64,000 nt of DNA from Geosiphon pyriformis uo1 (lineage: Eukaryota; Fungi; Glomeromycota): the NCBI GenBank assembly GCA_016748015.1, contig JAAOMT010000603.1, positions 353,532-417,531 of the forward strand, written 5' to 3'. This document shows positions 48,883 through 61,592 of the stretch, piece by piece (within the stretch, counting starts at the first letter, position 1; every line of letters begins with the position of its first letter). The notes under the pieces were generated by a model that searched no databases, was not told where the DNA came from, and saw only the letters and a list, made by a program, of their open reading frames with translations. The position numbers and the translations under genes were made by a program.

Positions 48883-50275
48883 CTGTCATGATGATTATTG
48901 ATTTGGGTAGACTCTTAGATATTTGTCTGAATAGCTTGCATAAACAAGCTAATAAGGATTGTTGAAAGTTTAAAATCAAAGATATGGATGGTACCAAGTA
49001 GATATGTTTTAAGAATTGCTTTTCTACCAAGCTTTTGGAGATAAAAAATAAGTTTCTGAATGCTGAAGCTTATTATGATTTGAATACTATGTGGTTGTTG
49101 CTGAAGAAAATAATAGTGAACTTGGCTGATAAAATATTTTCTAGACTTTGGTTTGGTGATTTTTAGTGTTTGAAAAATATGTGGTCTTCTAAGTTTTTGG
49201 AGCTGGAATTGTTAGTTGCCAAAATTGTTAAGAGGTTAAGCTTAAGTAACATCCTTGGTTTCGATTATCTCATAAGGAAGTAGTCAACTTTGAATGTTAA
49301 TAAAACTTTCATGATAATAGACATGGTTCAGAATAATGGGAATTTGGTAAATATTCTCAAATATTTATCATTAGTTAGAAAAGAGTATAGGAGATCTAAG
49401 ATGTTTAAATCAAAGTTGGCTAAGAAAGTGTTTATTAAGAAGATGATTAAAAAGTGCATGAATAAGTTTTGTTCTGATAAAAGTAGTATAATTAAGAGTG
49501 TTTTGGATTGGTTTTTTTGTAAAGTGGTTTTAGATTACTTAGTAATAGATAATAAATTGGTTTTGAAACCAAAAAAAGTAAAGCTCAGTGTTAATAAGAT
49601 TATAGAAAATTGGACAAGAAAGCAGAATGTGTTTTCAGCAATACCTGATCTTTGGGCTCATCAATATGTACCATTAGATCACATGAAAAATGATATTTTT
49701 TCTGGTGTAATATGTGTAATCAGTATAAGTAAGTTGTTTTTGGTTGTTAATGATTTGTCTGATAACAAAGCTATGAGCTTGTCTAACATTTCTAATAAAC
49801 TATAAAAGCATAATAGAAATGGAATAATAAGATGCCTTTTAAGACTGTTAAATATATGCTTAACAGTTGGTGGTGTTTCTGTTTTGTGAAAAAAGACTTG
49901 GGTCTCAATGATTCCTAAATTTTATAACTGAGATAGGATTTTTATGAACACTCAACCTATTGCATTGATTGAAACTGCCAAGAAAATTTTTTCCAAGATT
50001 CTTTCTAATAGGATTTTATTTGTGTATAGCAAGTTTGGTGTTCTTTATGAAGATAACTTTTTTGTTTTGAAGAGTATGTCTATTCAATCCCTTGTGTTTG
50101 TAGTTGGTTTGATGGTTAAGAATATATTGAAGAAAAATCAGAAACTTTGGTTGGTTTTACAGAATATGTATAAGACATACAACTCAGTTGATTGGCACTA
50201 CTTGGAGACTAGTTTAAGATGGATCAAAATGTATAATAAATTCATTAAATTCTTTGGTAGCATACATAATAATAG

Positions 50276-50965
50276 TGTTATAATTGAAACCTATACTTCT
50301 TATTAATTATTACATGTATTAGCTACTGATGTTATATAATTAGCCACTTTATTTTTAGAAAGTAATCATTGATCTAATCATTGACCTGATCATTGATCTG
50401 ATTATTAACTTAGTCATTGACCTGATTATTGACCATTTTTGATAACTATATAAGCAATAAATCTCTTAGCTGTAGAAAAGCATGTAGGAATCAAAAAAAG
50501 AAATAAAATAAAATAACAACTTTATCTCAATCTTTTTTTTATTACTAATTTCTTTTTCTTTATTTTCAAGTATCTGAACATCTTAAAATAAAAGATTACT
50601 TGTTGGCATTTACCTACTCTTTTCCTAACTTGTATTATTGTAGCATTTGAAGATTATTGAATAAAATGTTATTAAAAAGCACATCTGATATCTGATATTG
50701 AATTCTAAGAGCACCAACATAAGGCATAGAATTATATCAGGCATAATCATTTATTGACAGTATGGATTATTCCTTTACCTTCAGATTCTCCAGTTATCTT
50801 TTTAAAAAGTATAGTAACTGAGATATTTTATAAGACTGATTTCACATATTTAATTCATACTTATTCAATTTACTTTTTGAAGTTAAATTCCCTTTGATCT
50901 TTTTTATTATCCTATAATCTTGTTCTTTCTTGCTATCTATTAGCTTGTTACTCCAACTTGTAACA
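50276..50965 (+). mobile_element. Solo LTR, family 1, in the LINE C RT region
   Basis: Homologous to the Gypsy-1 LTR, 5 units of the 12-bp array; TSD ATAG/ATAA. Confidence 0.85.
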
Positions 50966-51705
50966 ATAAGGTTAATAGGGTAATAATAAATTTTGGCTTC
51001 TCAGAAGGCTATAAAATGCATAATAGTTTGGATCAGAGTGAAGTTTTTTTTTCCTTTCTTTGGAAAATCTTTTATAATCTACTTTTATATAAAGTCAAGA
51101 AACATAAACATTTATGTAAATATTAGATTGATACTAAGTTTGTGGTGAAAACTGGTAGGATTAAGAATAATAATAGTTTGTCTTCTTTTTTTGTAACTAG
51201 CACATTTGTGGATAATACAATTTGGATTGAAGATTGTCAAACTTTTGTGTAGTATGCTCTGAATATTGTTAGTAAATTTTTTTTGATCAATAATATTTCA
51301 ATTAATACTAATAAGACTGTAACTATTCCTATTAATTAAGGTATTAGAATTGCTTCTTTGAGTATTAGTAATCAGCCAATTTTAATTGCCAAAAAGAGTG
51401 AAGCACACAGGTATTTGGAAATTTTCTTGTCAACTAAGAGATTTTCCAAGCTAAGTGTGGTTAAAGCTCATTCTAATGTTCATTTTTTTATCAATGTGGT
51501 GCTTAAAAAAGCTATTATAGATAAGCAGTTTTTTTATTTGGTGTCAGCTATTTTGCAGCCTATTGTTAATTACAAAACCCAATTTAGTTTTGTCTTATCA
51601 AGTGTGTATTACAAGTGGGATGTTATAATTAAGAAGGATCTTAAAACTAAAGCATATTTGCCATGTGATTTTCTTAGTAAGACTTTGTATTATTCATCAT
51701 TATAT

Positions 51706-52454
51706 TGTTATGGGTTGGAATAACAAGCTAACAGATAGCAAGAGAGAACAGGATTGTAGGGTGATGGAAATAATTAAAGGGAAATTCAACTTTAAAGAGT
51801 AAATTGAATGAGTATGAATTCAATGTGCAAGATCAGTCTCATAAAATATCTCAGTCACTATACTTTTCAAAGGTAACTGGGGAATTTAAAGGTAGAGGAA
51901 TAGTCCATACTATCAACAAATGATCACACTTGGTATAATTCTATGCCTCATGTCAGTGCTCTTAGAATTCAATATCAAGTATTAGATATGCTCTTCAGTC
52001 ACGTTTTTATTCAATAATCTTTAAATACTTTGTTTAATTATTCCAGGAAAAAGGCAGATAAACACCAACAAGAAATCTTTTATCCAAAAGATGTTTAGAT
52101 ACTTGAAAGTAGAGAAAGGGAAATTAGCAATAAGAGAATATTTGAAATGAAAGTTGTTTTATTATATTTCTTTGATTGTTGAGAACATACTTTTCTACAG
52201 CTAAGAGACTTATTGCTTATATAGCTATGAAAAGTGGTTAATGACCAGGTCAATGATCTGGTCAATGATCAAGTTAATGATCAAGTCAATGGTCAGGTCA
52301 TTGATCAGGTCAATGATCAGGTCAATGATCAGGTCAACGATCAGGTCATTGATTAGGTCAATAATTACTATCTAAAAATAGGTTGGCTAATTATATGACA
52401 TCGGTGGCTAATACATGTAATAACTAATAAAAACTATGAGTTTCAACTGTAACA
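51706..52454 (-). mobile_element. Solo LTR, family 1, reverse orientation, in LINE C ORF2
   Basis: Reverse complement of the Gypsy-1 LTR, 10 units of the 12-bp array; TSD ATAT/ATAT. Confidence 0.85.
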
Positions 52455-55400
52455 ATATAATTTAAAATCTTTTGAGCAAGTGCAATCAAAAAGTAAACTT
52501 GTTGTTGTAGTTTTATTTTCTAATGTTTCAGACATTCTTGGTCATTTATTTCATCATAAATTCTTGAATTTACAGATTTTGGGATGGAATCCTTTAAATT
52601 TTTTGTAGTTTTCTGTTAAATTGCTTGTTAGTCCTGTGAACAATTTTCTGGCTGGTGTGGTTAAATTCTTTTAAGTAATAAGCTATCTTTAATAAACAAT
52701 TTGCCCAATGCTTTTTGTAATCTTGGTGTTTTTTTTATGTTATTAATTCTTAAGAAAACTCTGTATCTTAGTTTTGTTTATTCTTTGAAGTGTTTTGGGA
52801 TCACCTATGGTGATAAACTTTTTAATAAAAAAAGCTGTATAATAGATTGGAAGACCTTCCATTAGTGGAAGAGATTGGATTCTAGAGATCTTGTTCCTTA
52901 TTGATCTGAGACCACATCAAAATTTTTGCATAGTAAGAGTTTTTTGTTATCTGATTTATCTGTATTTATTTGGCCAGTTAGCTTGAATATTCTAAATTCC
53001 AGAGAATTTGCTAAGGTGTAAGATAGTTTACATAAAATTTAGTCTGGTTTATTTGAAGTATATACAGATAGTTTATTAAAAAATATTGGCTCTGCTGGTG
53101 TTGTTAGTAGTGCTACTGCATATTTTTTGGCTTTGGATATAAATGTTGGTGTTGGAGTTTATGGTCTGGTATCTTTCACTATGGCTGAGTTGCAGACTGT
53201 TGCTTTGTTTTTGGAGTATGTTCTATTATCTTACTCTTTGGTTTTGTATCTCAACAGCCAAGCTGCTATTGATATGTATGTATTTAAAGTGTTGTTTGCT
53301 GTGCCAGATTTTGTAATCAATGCTAAATTAAGAGAAAGCATATTGTTAATTTAATTAGGAATAAGGATCTCACAGTGAGTTGAATCAAGATTAAAGGTTA
53401 TTTTGGGATTTGTGATAACATAAAAACAGATGCCACTATAGGTGTAACTACTGGCTTTTTTTTTTCTTTGCCAATAGGTGTGTGAGAACGTTTTTTGGTA
53501 ACTAAGAACACTGTTATATCTGACAATACTCATTATTTTGTCAAGAATATTTTTAGATCTGTTTGTTATGCTTATTAGAAGACTGGTCTTGATTATAATA
53601 TGGTTTCTAATGCATTAATTAAGGATATAGATTGGGATGTTACTACAAAAGTTTGATATTCTGACTTATATATGCTTGTTGGTTTTATTAGTCAGAAGTG
53701 ATTTAATCTTTATATATACTTAATGAAAGCTGTGCATAGACAGTTACCAATGACTATTAGAAAAAGGTTGTATGATAAAAGATATTTTAGTGTACTGTAT
53801 TTGCTGTATAATAAGATAGAGTTATCAGATCATATTTTCACTTATGCTTAAAATGTTAGTATTTGGAAAAAAATTTTGGTTAAAGCCTCTATATGATTGA
53901 TTGCTTTGGCAGATACTTATAGTTCATTTTTTTTTGCTGTTTTACAAATGCTCTTTTGTTGTTCATTAGATGCTGGAACTTATGCAGTTGTATACAAAGA
54001 ATTTGTTTTAAAGAATTGGTATATAGAGACTATTAGGGTTTTTGATAATAGAAAGAAGATCACTTTTGCTGTTGTTAATTTTGTGAGATATCTAATAGAG
54101 TTGCATTGTTCTAGGCCCTGATTGGCAAAGTCTAAGTTTAGGATTGATATAAAAAAAACTGGCTTGATTAGGAATAGCAGTATGATATCTGGTTTATTAT
54201 ATAGTTTGGCATTAATACTGTCAGATAATATGGTCAGGATGCTTGGTGTTATTAAGTTTTTTGCTGTTAGTTTTGGGTGTTGTAAGCTGTGTCTTTTTTT
54301 TTTGGTCTAAATTATAATATAAGTATTAGTATAAATATATAATATTGCTTTATCTGGCCTAAGTGATTAATTATATATAGTAAGTGCATAAATCATGTTT
54401 AATTTGAATTACTTAGTCTGATTCTATGTATTAGATAGTAGTTGGACTTTATTTAATAAATAACTATTATTAAAAAAAAATATTTAGAAAAGCTGTGTTA
54501 AATAAATAATCTTTGATCTTAATTATTTTATAATTTATTATTAATTATTAAATTTAATTTAGTTTTATTTTATAAAATATGTATTATAAATAAAATATTT
54601 TAATTAAAAAAAATTTAAAATTTAAGATTAATTTACTTAAAGATTTTTTAAATAATATTTTATATTATTTTTTATTGTATTTTTTAATTAGTTACAAATT
54701 AAAAATAAAATAATATTAATTATAATTTTTTTTAATATTTTTAATATTTTTAATTATTTGTTTTTTTAACTTGAAAATTATTAAGTATATTTCAAAAAAT
54801 TTAATACATTTTTTTATTAAGTTAAAAATTAATTTTATTATCAATTTTTTAGCCAATATTATAAAAAGTTTTTTGATTTATAAAATTTTTTTATGAATAA
54901 TTTACTTAGTATTTTTTAATATACTAATAAGTTTTTAATATTTATTATATTAAATAATTTTTATATTACAAAGTAATTAAGTTTTTAAAACATTTTGATA
55001 TTGCTTTTAAAAACAGATTTTTAAATAAATATAATATAATTTTAAATTAATAAATATTTTATTGTTAAAAAAAGTTGAATTTAAAAAAACTAATATTTTT
55101 TTAATTTAAATTGGTATCTGTTTTTATATATAGTCTTTGCTAATTTTGTTTTATTATACAAAAGTTAACTTTAAAGTATTTTTTGTTTAAATATTATTAT
55201 GATTTAAGAATTTAACAAAAAAATCATAAAATAATTTAAATTAGTCAATCATAATATAACACAATTATAATCTTAGAAAGATAATGATTAATATAATAGC
55301 AAATACTATTTTATGATAATAATAAGCATCAGTTTACAATAATGACTAATATCAATTAATAATAGCAGCAAATATCAAATTAAGATATTAAAAAAAAAGT

Positions 55401-56549
55401 ATTATAATATGTTTTTTGTAGAACTACAAACATATATATATATAATAGCTTTAATATTAAAAAAAACAACAAGTCATAAAACAAATCATAAAATTAAGTT
55501 ATCAAACAATTCATCTAACAGTTTTACTTTAATTATTTTGTGGTTTTTACTTTAAAAAATAAATATTTACAAAAATCTTTAATCAAAAAGAAATGAAAAA
55601 ATATTAAAAACTGAATTATTATAATCCAATATATTAAAAAACTTACTTGTATTATTTATTAAATAAAACTATTATTCATTAGCTAAATCTCTTAAAAAAA
55701 TAATTCTTAATCAAGATTATTCATATTATTACTAATTGATAAAAGTTTTATTATAAAAATAAAAAAAATATTAAAAGCCATTAATATTCCGTATTTCTAA
55801 ATTAAAGAAACATATTAAGTAATTGCAAAAATAGCCTTAAAAAAGACCTTAAACAGTAAGTAAATTTCAGTTTAGTTTCTAAAAAGAAATACATAAACAT
55901 ATACAACAATCAGAATTAAGAAATAACTTATATTGCAACATTAAAAAAAAATTTTTAATATAAATATCAATATTATTACACAAATAGAATTAAAAAATTT
56001 ATGAAAGACTGATTGCAATTAAAATAGGATATTGGCAATTAAAATAATCAAGAAAATTATCTTGTAACAATATATTTTTAATAATAAATAATAACTTATA
56101 AATAATAAATTAAATATAATTAATATTTTTACAAATAACTTTTTAAAAAATTTGAAATTTCAAAATATTGTTAATAGTACAATAATATTTTTTATTATAT
56201 TAAATTTATATATTAAAATTTAAATTTAAAAATTAGTTTTTTTAATACTTACTAAATTATAAGTTATTATATTAATATTAAAATATGTTTTTATTTTAAT
56301 ATATTACTAATATATTTAAACAATTAAATTATTTTAAATACATATATTATTAAATTAAATTTAAATATACCAAATTTTTAATACTATTATTAATAAAAAA
56401 AGATATTATATTAATAATTTAATTTCTAATAAAATTTTTTTAATTATGTAATTAAAAATCAAAACTTATTTTAGTATTATAAATAATATTTAAATTAATA
56501 TTATTACTAATAATCCTATTTTTTTATATTGTTTTTTTTTGTTTATATT

Positions 56550-57340
56550 TATAATTATTATATTTTGGCAAATAGTATTGTTGTCTTTAATAATATTTAT
56601 AATATTGTGTATTGTACTTATTAAAAACTGGTTTGAGTTTAAATATAATTACTAATTTTTTATTTAAAAAGATAAATTAAACTTATTTTTTATTAATTTA
56701 ATATCTTAATTTACATATATAATTTGGTTTTACAAGTAAATTACAACTAATATGTATATTTATTTTATAAAAGCAATTTATAAAAAACTGTTAATAATAA
56801 TTAAAAAATGATTATACAATAAATTTTATTTAAATATTTATTGTTTATATTGTTCTAAAATTAAGTTTTTTGATTATAGTTTTATGTATATAAAATACTA
56901 AAGTTTACAAAAATTAATTGTAAATATTAATTATTTATAATTAGTATTAGTATTTTGACTTTAAATTTTTGGTATTGTAAATACTATTTTTTTGTTATTT
57001 AAATAATAAACTATATATTATACTATATAAAAATTTGATATTAAAAAATTAAACTATTAAAACTTATATAGTTTTTAAAGATATTAAAAAGACATTTTTT
57101 ATTTTTATTAGTTTTATTTATTATCTAATTATGAATAATTAAAATAGAATTTAATTATATAGATTTAAATATAAAGTAATTATAAAAAAGAGTAAATTAA
57201 TTATTAATAATAGTCTTATATTATATATATTATATAATTTGTTAACAAAATTTTCTGTTAAAATAATTTATATATTAAATATTACTAAAACTTTTATTAT
57301 TAGTTTTGGTTTTTGTTAATTTATTTTTATTTTTATTTTT
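56550..57340 (+). mobile_element. Extremely eroded relic of a LINE ORF2 3' end
   Basis: Residual similarity to LINE A ~25.9-26.7 kb (e.g. tatcttaatttacatat..ttttacaagta, tattagttttggttt). Confidence 0.5.
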
Positions 57341-57374
57341 TTATAAGTAAAATTCAAATACTATTTAATATAAT

Positions 57375-58590
57375 ACATTAAATTAAATAATCTAAATTAG
57401 GCATGAATTACACACTTTTTATATATAATTAACCACTTGGGCTAATCAAAACAATACTATAAATCTATCTTAAGAGAAATTTTACAACTAATACCAAAAA
57501 AATATACAAAACTTATGTGAGCCAAAACTAATATTATGTATCTCTACAATTTTAAACAACTTAACAATATCATCAAAAAATAAAGATAATAGACCATAGA
57601 TTATTAAAAACACAGATTATTGTATATAATTAAACTATCTTTTTCTAAAACTGTTTTATACTTAGATTTTATTAACTATATCTTAGTGCAATAAGTTATT
57701 TTTAAGTTTTATATAAAATTAATTACTTTTTTACTCACAGTTTTAACATAACCAAAAACAAATATAGTCTTCAAATACTATTTCTTAAATACAAAATTCT
57801 TATATAAAACAGTATAGGCAATATTATTAAACACATACAAAAAAAGCATCTGTAATATATAAGATGATAATATATTTAGACTTAACATGAAGTTTTATTA
57901 AACAAATATGATTTAAGCAATTTTTTATAAACAACAGCATTTATTTTACATATAAAAAAGTGATTAAAAAGTTCTATTTTTTTATAATAAAGACATAATA
58001 TATTAGAATACTTTCTGTAATACAAGTACTTACAAATAACAATAAACAAATAATAATACAAAGTTTTTATAAAATATAAACACAAACCAGTAATAGATTT
58101 ATTTATAAAACCAAAAGCCATATATAAATCAGAATACCAAACTAGTATTATTTAAATCTAATTTATATCTTTAATTATGTTTTTATTAATAATACCAAAA
58201 TCAAATCTAATTTTTTAGCAAGCATAATTAATAATCTTAAAGATGTTGTAAACAAAATAACAAGTATTTTTACACATCATTATTTTGCTAGTCTTAATAT
58301 ATTTTTTTTAACAAGAACAAAAAACATTAAATTTAAACAAGTAGTAATATTAGCCAGTTCATTAGCATATTTATTACTCAAGACATTTAAATAACCTCCA
58401 ACTTTAAATTAAAAGATATTAAGATTCTTATGTTTAATTAAGTTTGCAATATAATGCTTTTTAAGTTAACAATAATTATAAAAATCTGACAAAACCATAT
58501 TTAATTTCGTAATACAAATATTTAAAACAGTCTAACTATTTAAATATATTACAACAGTATTAAAAACAAGAACATATTCTAAAACCAGAG
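57375..58590 (-). mobile_element. LINE D: 5'-truncated LINE fragment (RNase H end, CCHC, 3' UTR), close to LINE A
   Basis: Reverse complement matches LINE A ~25.58-26.79 kb; ORF-track 57882-58121 is a decayed ORF2 C-terminus. Confidence 0.75.
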
Positions 58591-59831
58591 CATTTTTGTT
58601 AATATTGTTCTTTTTTTATAAATTTAATTAATATAGTTTTAGTATATATAAATATGTAATAATGTTTTAGTTAATCAAGTAACTAATTATATATAAAAAG
58701 TATATAAGTTATTTTTAATTAAAAATATTTAATTTGTTTTTATAAATTAAATAACAGCAGAATTTTATTTGTTAATATAAAAAAAACATATAATTAATAA
58801 AAAATCATATTATTAAAACAAAAAAAAACTTGAATATTTATTTTTTATTTTTTAATAATATATATTTTTTAAAATAATTTATAATATTTTAATTTAAAAA
58901 GTTTTTATAAACAAATTTTAATATAATTATTTTTTTATTTTTATAATTTTTAAATATATTAATATATAATATAATAGTTAATTAAACAATTTATAATATT
59001 TGTTAATTTTTAATATTTATATATATATATTTTTATTTTTTATTAATTTGTTTATTAAATATTAATAATATTAATAAAAAATCATATTTTTTGTTTTAAT
59101 AATATTTTTTTAAACAATATATTTAAAAAATAATTGTTAAATACTATTAATATAATCTTTGTTTATAATTATTATAAAACATTTAAAATATTAAATAAAA
59201 AAAAATATTATTAAATTTTTTTAAAATAATAAAAATGATAAAATAACAACTTATTTGTGCTTAAAAATATTCACAATTAATGTAAACAAACACAAAACAT
59301 CAATTATAACAAAATTTGTTATAAAAAATTAATTTTTATGCAAAAACTTGAAAAATTATTTGCTTAAATATAATTTTAATTATTTCTTCCAATTTTATGT
59401 TAATTTTGCAAAATTTTTATTGTTTTCAAAACATTTTTTTTTTACATTTAATAAAATCATATTTTTTCAAAGTTTTCAATAATCTAAAAATGCCATATTT
59501 TCATGATTTTAATTATTACCATGTTTCAAATGTATACTGAATATTCTTTTTTGCAGCACTTGCAAATAAGCATTTTTCTTCTTTATTAAAATATAATATA
59601 AAGATTACTTAGTTTTATTAATTATTTGAAAACTTACCATATAAGCACAACACTTTCCACATTTAAAAAGAAACAATCAATTAAAAGACCCCAGACATTT
59701 ATGTCATAACATCTCTATAGATTCAAGGACTTGTGGAGCAAAGAACCTAATTCCACAAGCGAAGACTTTATCAATAGAATAACAATAAGATTAATGCCAT
59801 TATAACTCACATTTAAAGCATTATAAATATC

Positions 59832-60404
59832 TTACATATCAGTAACAGCTAGATGAACCGACTCTGCATCAAGGTGCTTTTGGCGGTCATATTTTTCTTG
59901 AAGCCATGGCTTCATCCCCTCTGCTCCCAATTCATCAATCGTTTTAACATCATAACGGAAAATGAGGTTGATTTTCAGATCTTCTCCCAATTTATTTCCA
60001 AAGGTTTCCGAATCGTCATCCATTCCCTGCTGCTGATCATCCTGCTTGGCCGGAACTCTTATGGTCTCATCTTCTGGCAAAATTGACATATAGGTGGAGT
60101 CGGAAACGTTTATCGTTGTAATAACTGGTTTCGTGTCAGAAATTTCTAAAAATTATGCAATAGTATGAGAATCTGATAAATCTGGGCGAAAATTAGGACC
60201 AGTATAAGAGTAGGCACATTGATATAGATCTCGTTTGTAAAGGTTATGATCATATGAAGAACGTCGTGTTACAAAGCCCGGGCGAGTTGACGTTTTTGAA
60301 TTGTCGTGCGAAGGTGTGAAAGGTGCGAAGAAATAAAACGAATTGATGAAATAAATTTTTACTAGATTATTAATCGCCCACGACTCATTTATAACCACAT
60401 GCAT
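59832..60404 (-). CDS. Small hypothetical protein, divergent from PRP4
   Basis: ORFs 60153-60404 and 59832-60089 are in the same frame, separated by one TAA that a 54-nt GT..AG intron (60199-60146) would remove. CpG-rich, gene-like composition. No family recognised. Confidence 0.4.
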
Positions 60405-60618
60405 TAGTATCTATAGGAAACTTTAATGGTTCTCTTTTCTGCAGCAAGTTGAATTTTACTGGATTAGAAATTTTTCATGATGAAACCCTTATGAGAGTAT
60501 GTAAATTTATTCTTACAAGATTTTATATCACGCGACTTTTGCCTGAAATGATTTGAATTAAAATGTTGATCAAAGATCATGTGTAAATCTTATAACCAAA
60601 TTACTTCTTTGCTACACC

Positions 60619-61531
60619 ATGGCTGCTCCCATGGAGCTCGATAGTAAGTTAGCAAAGAGAGTAGGCGAGTCGTCCCAAACAAACGCTCAAAAGCAAAGAG
60701 TTCACTTTGGTAGTCTAGAAGAGTCCGAAAGGCAGTCACGCAAGAAAGCTGTCGCGCCTGAGGTGAAGACCGAATATTTTTCTGACGAGTTTTTTAATGT
60801 TTCTGATGTTACTTAACATTTTAAATTTTATAAAAATTCAGGATTCCAACAATAATAGCATATCATTGGAGGATTTAGGTACCCCATCTCTTTTTTCTGA
60901 TCGACTTGTTCAAATTAGCGATTTTTAGAACTTACCAGTAAAAAATTTAGCCGAAGATACCAAATATGAGCATTCAGAATCTTCAAAAAGAGCGCGTGAG
61001 GATCATCAAGCGATCTTAGATGAATTTGAGCGAAAAAAACGCGCGCGAACTCTTGCTGTACCCACTGATGATGGCCGTGTCAGAGCAAAACTAAGGGAGC
61101 TTAGCGAACCACAATGTTTATTTGGAGAAGGGGTATGTTATTTTTGTTTCACAATGCTTTTAAGAGATTTGGATACTCTAAACTCTTTATTTTATTAGCC
61201 TGGAGATCGTCGCGATCGATTACGGTATTTATTGTCGAAACTTGAAGGTGCTGAAGTAGTTCCTGACGAAGAAGACGATTCTGAGTCAGAAGAAGAGGAA
61301 GAGGTATTATTTTGTGGGATTTAAGAAAATTTGATAATTCGTCTCAACAGTTATTGACCGATTTTAAAACTCAGAACAAACTTTTTCTCCAAGAAAGAAG
61401 AAGAATTTTATACTCTTGGTACCCAATCTCTCTTGGATGCAAGACGATGGATTGCACGATATTCTTTGCCAAGGTTTGTTGAATATAATTATATATATGC
61501 GGGCAATATATTTGCAGCTTCATAACCAAGC

Positions 61532-61592
<61 letters not shown>

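Larger units (their letters stand above)
34315..54480 (+). mobile_element. LINE C: non-LTR retrotransposon hosting five LTR insertions
   Basis: 5' start (aatctcctagtcat) resembles LINE A 5' (aatctcctaatcat). ORF1 remnants 35.4-37.23 kb and 47.12-47.25 kb; ORF2 remnants 47.24-54.3 kb rejoin across each insertion; A-run at 54472-54480. Confidence 0.85.

Noticed and set aside
54480-56550. Centromere or origin call for the near-pure AT stretch
   Set aside because: Better explained as terminally eroded transposon DNA; no diagnostic feature is visible.
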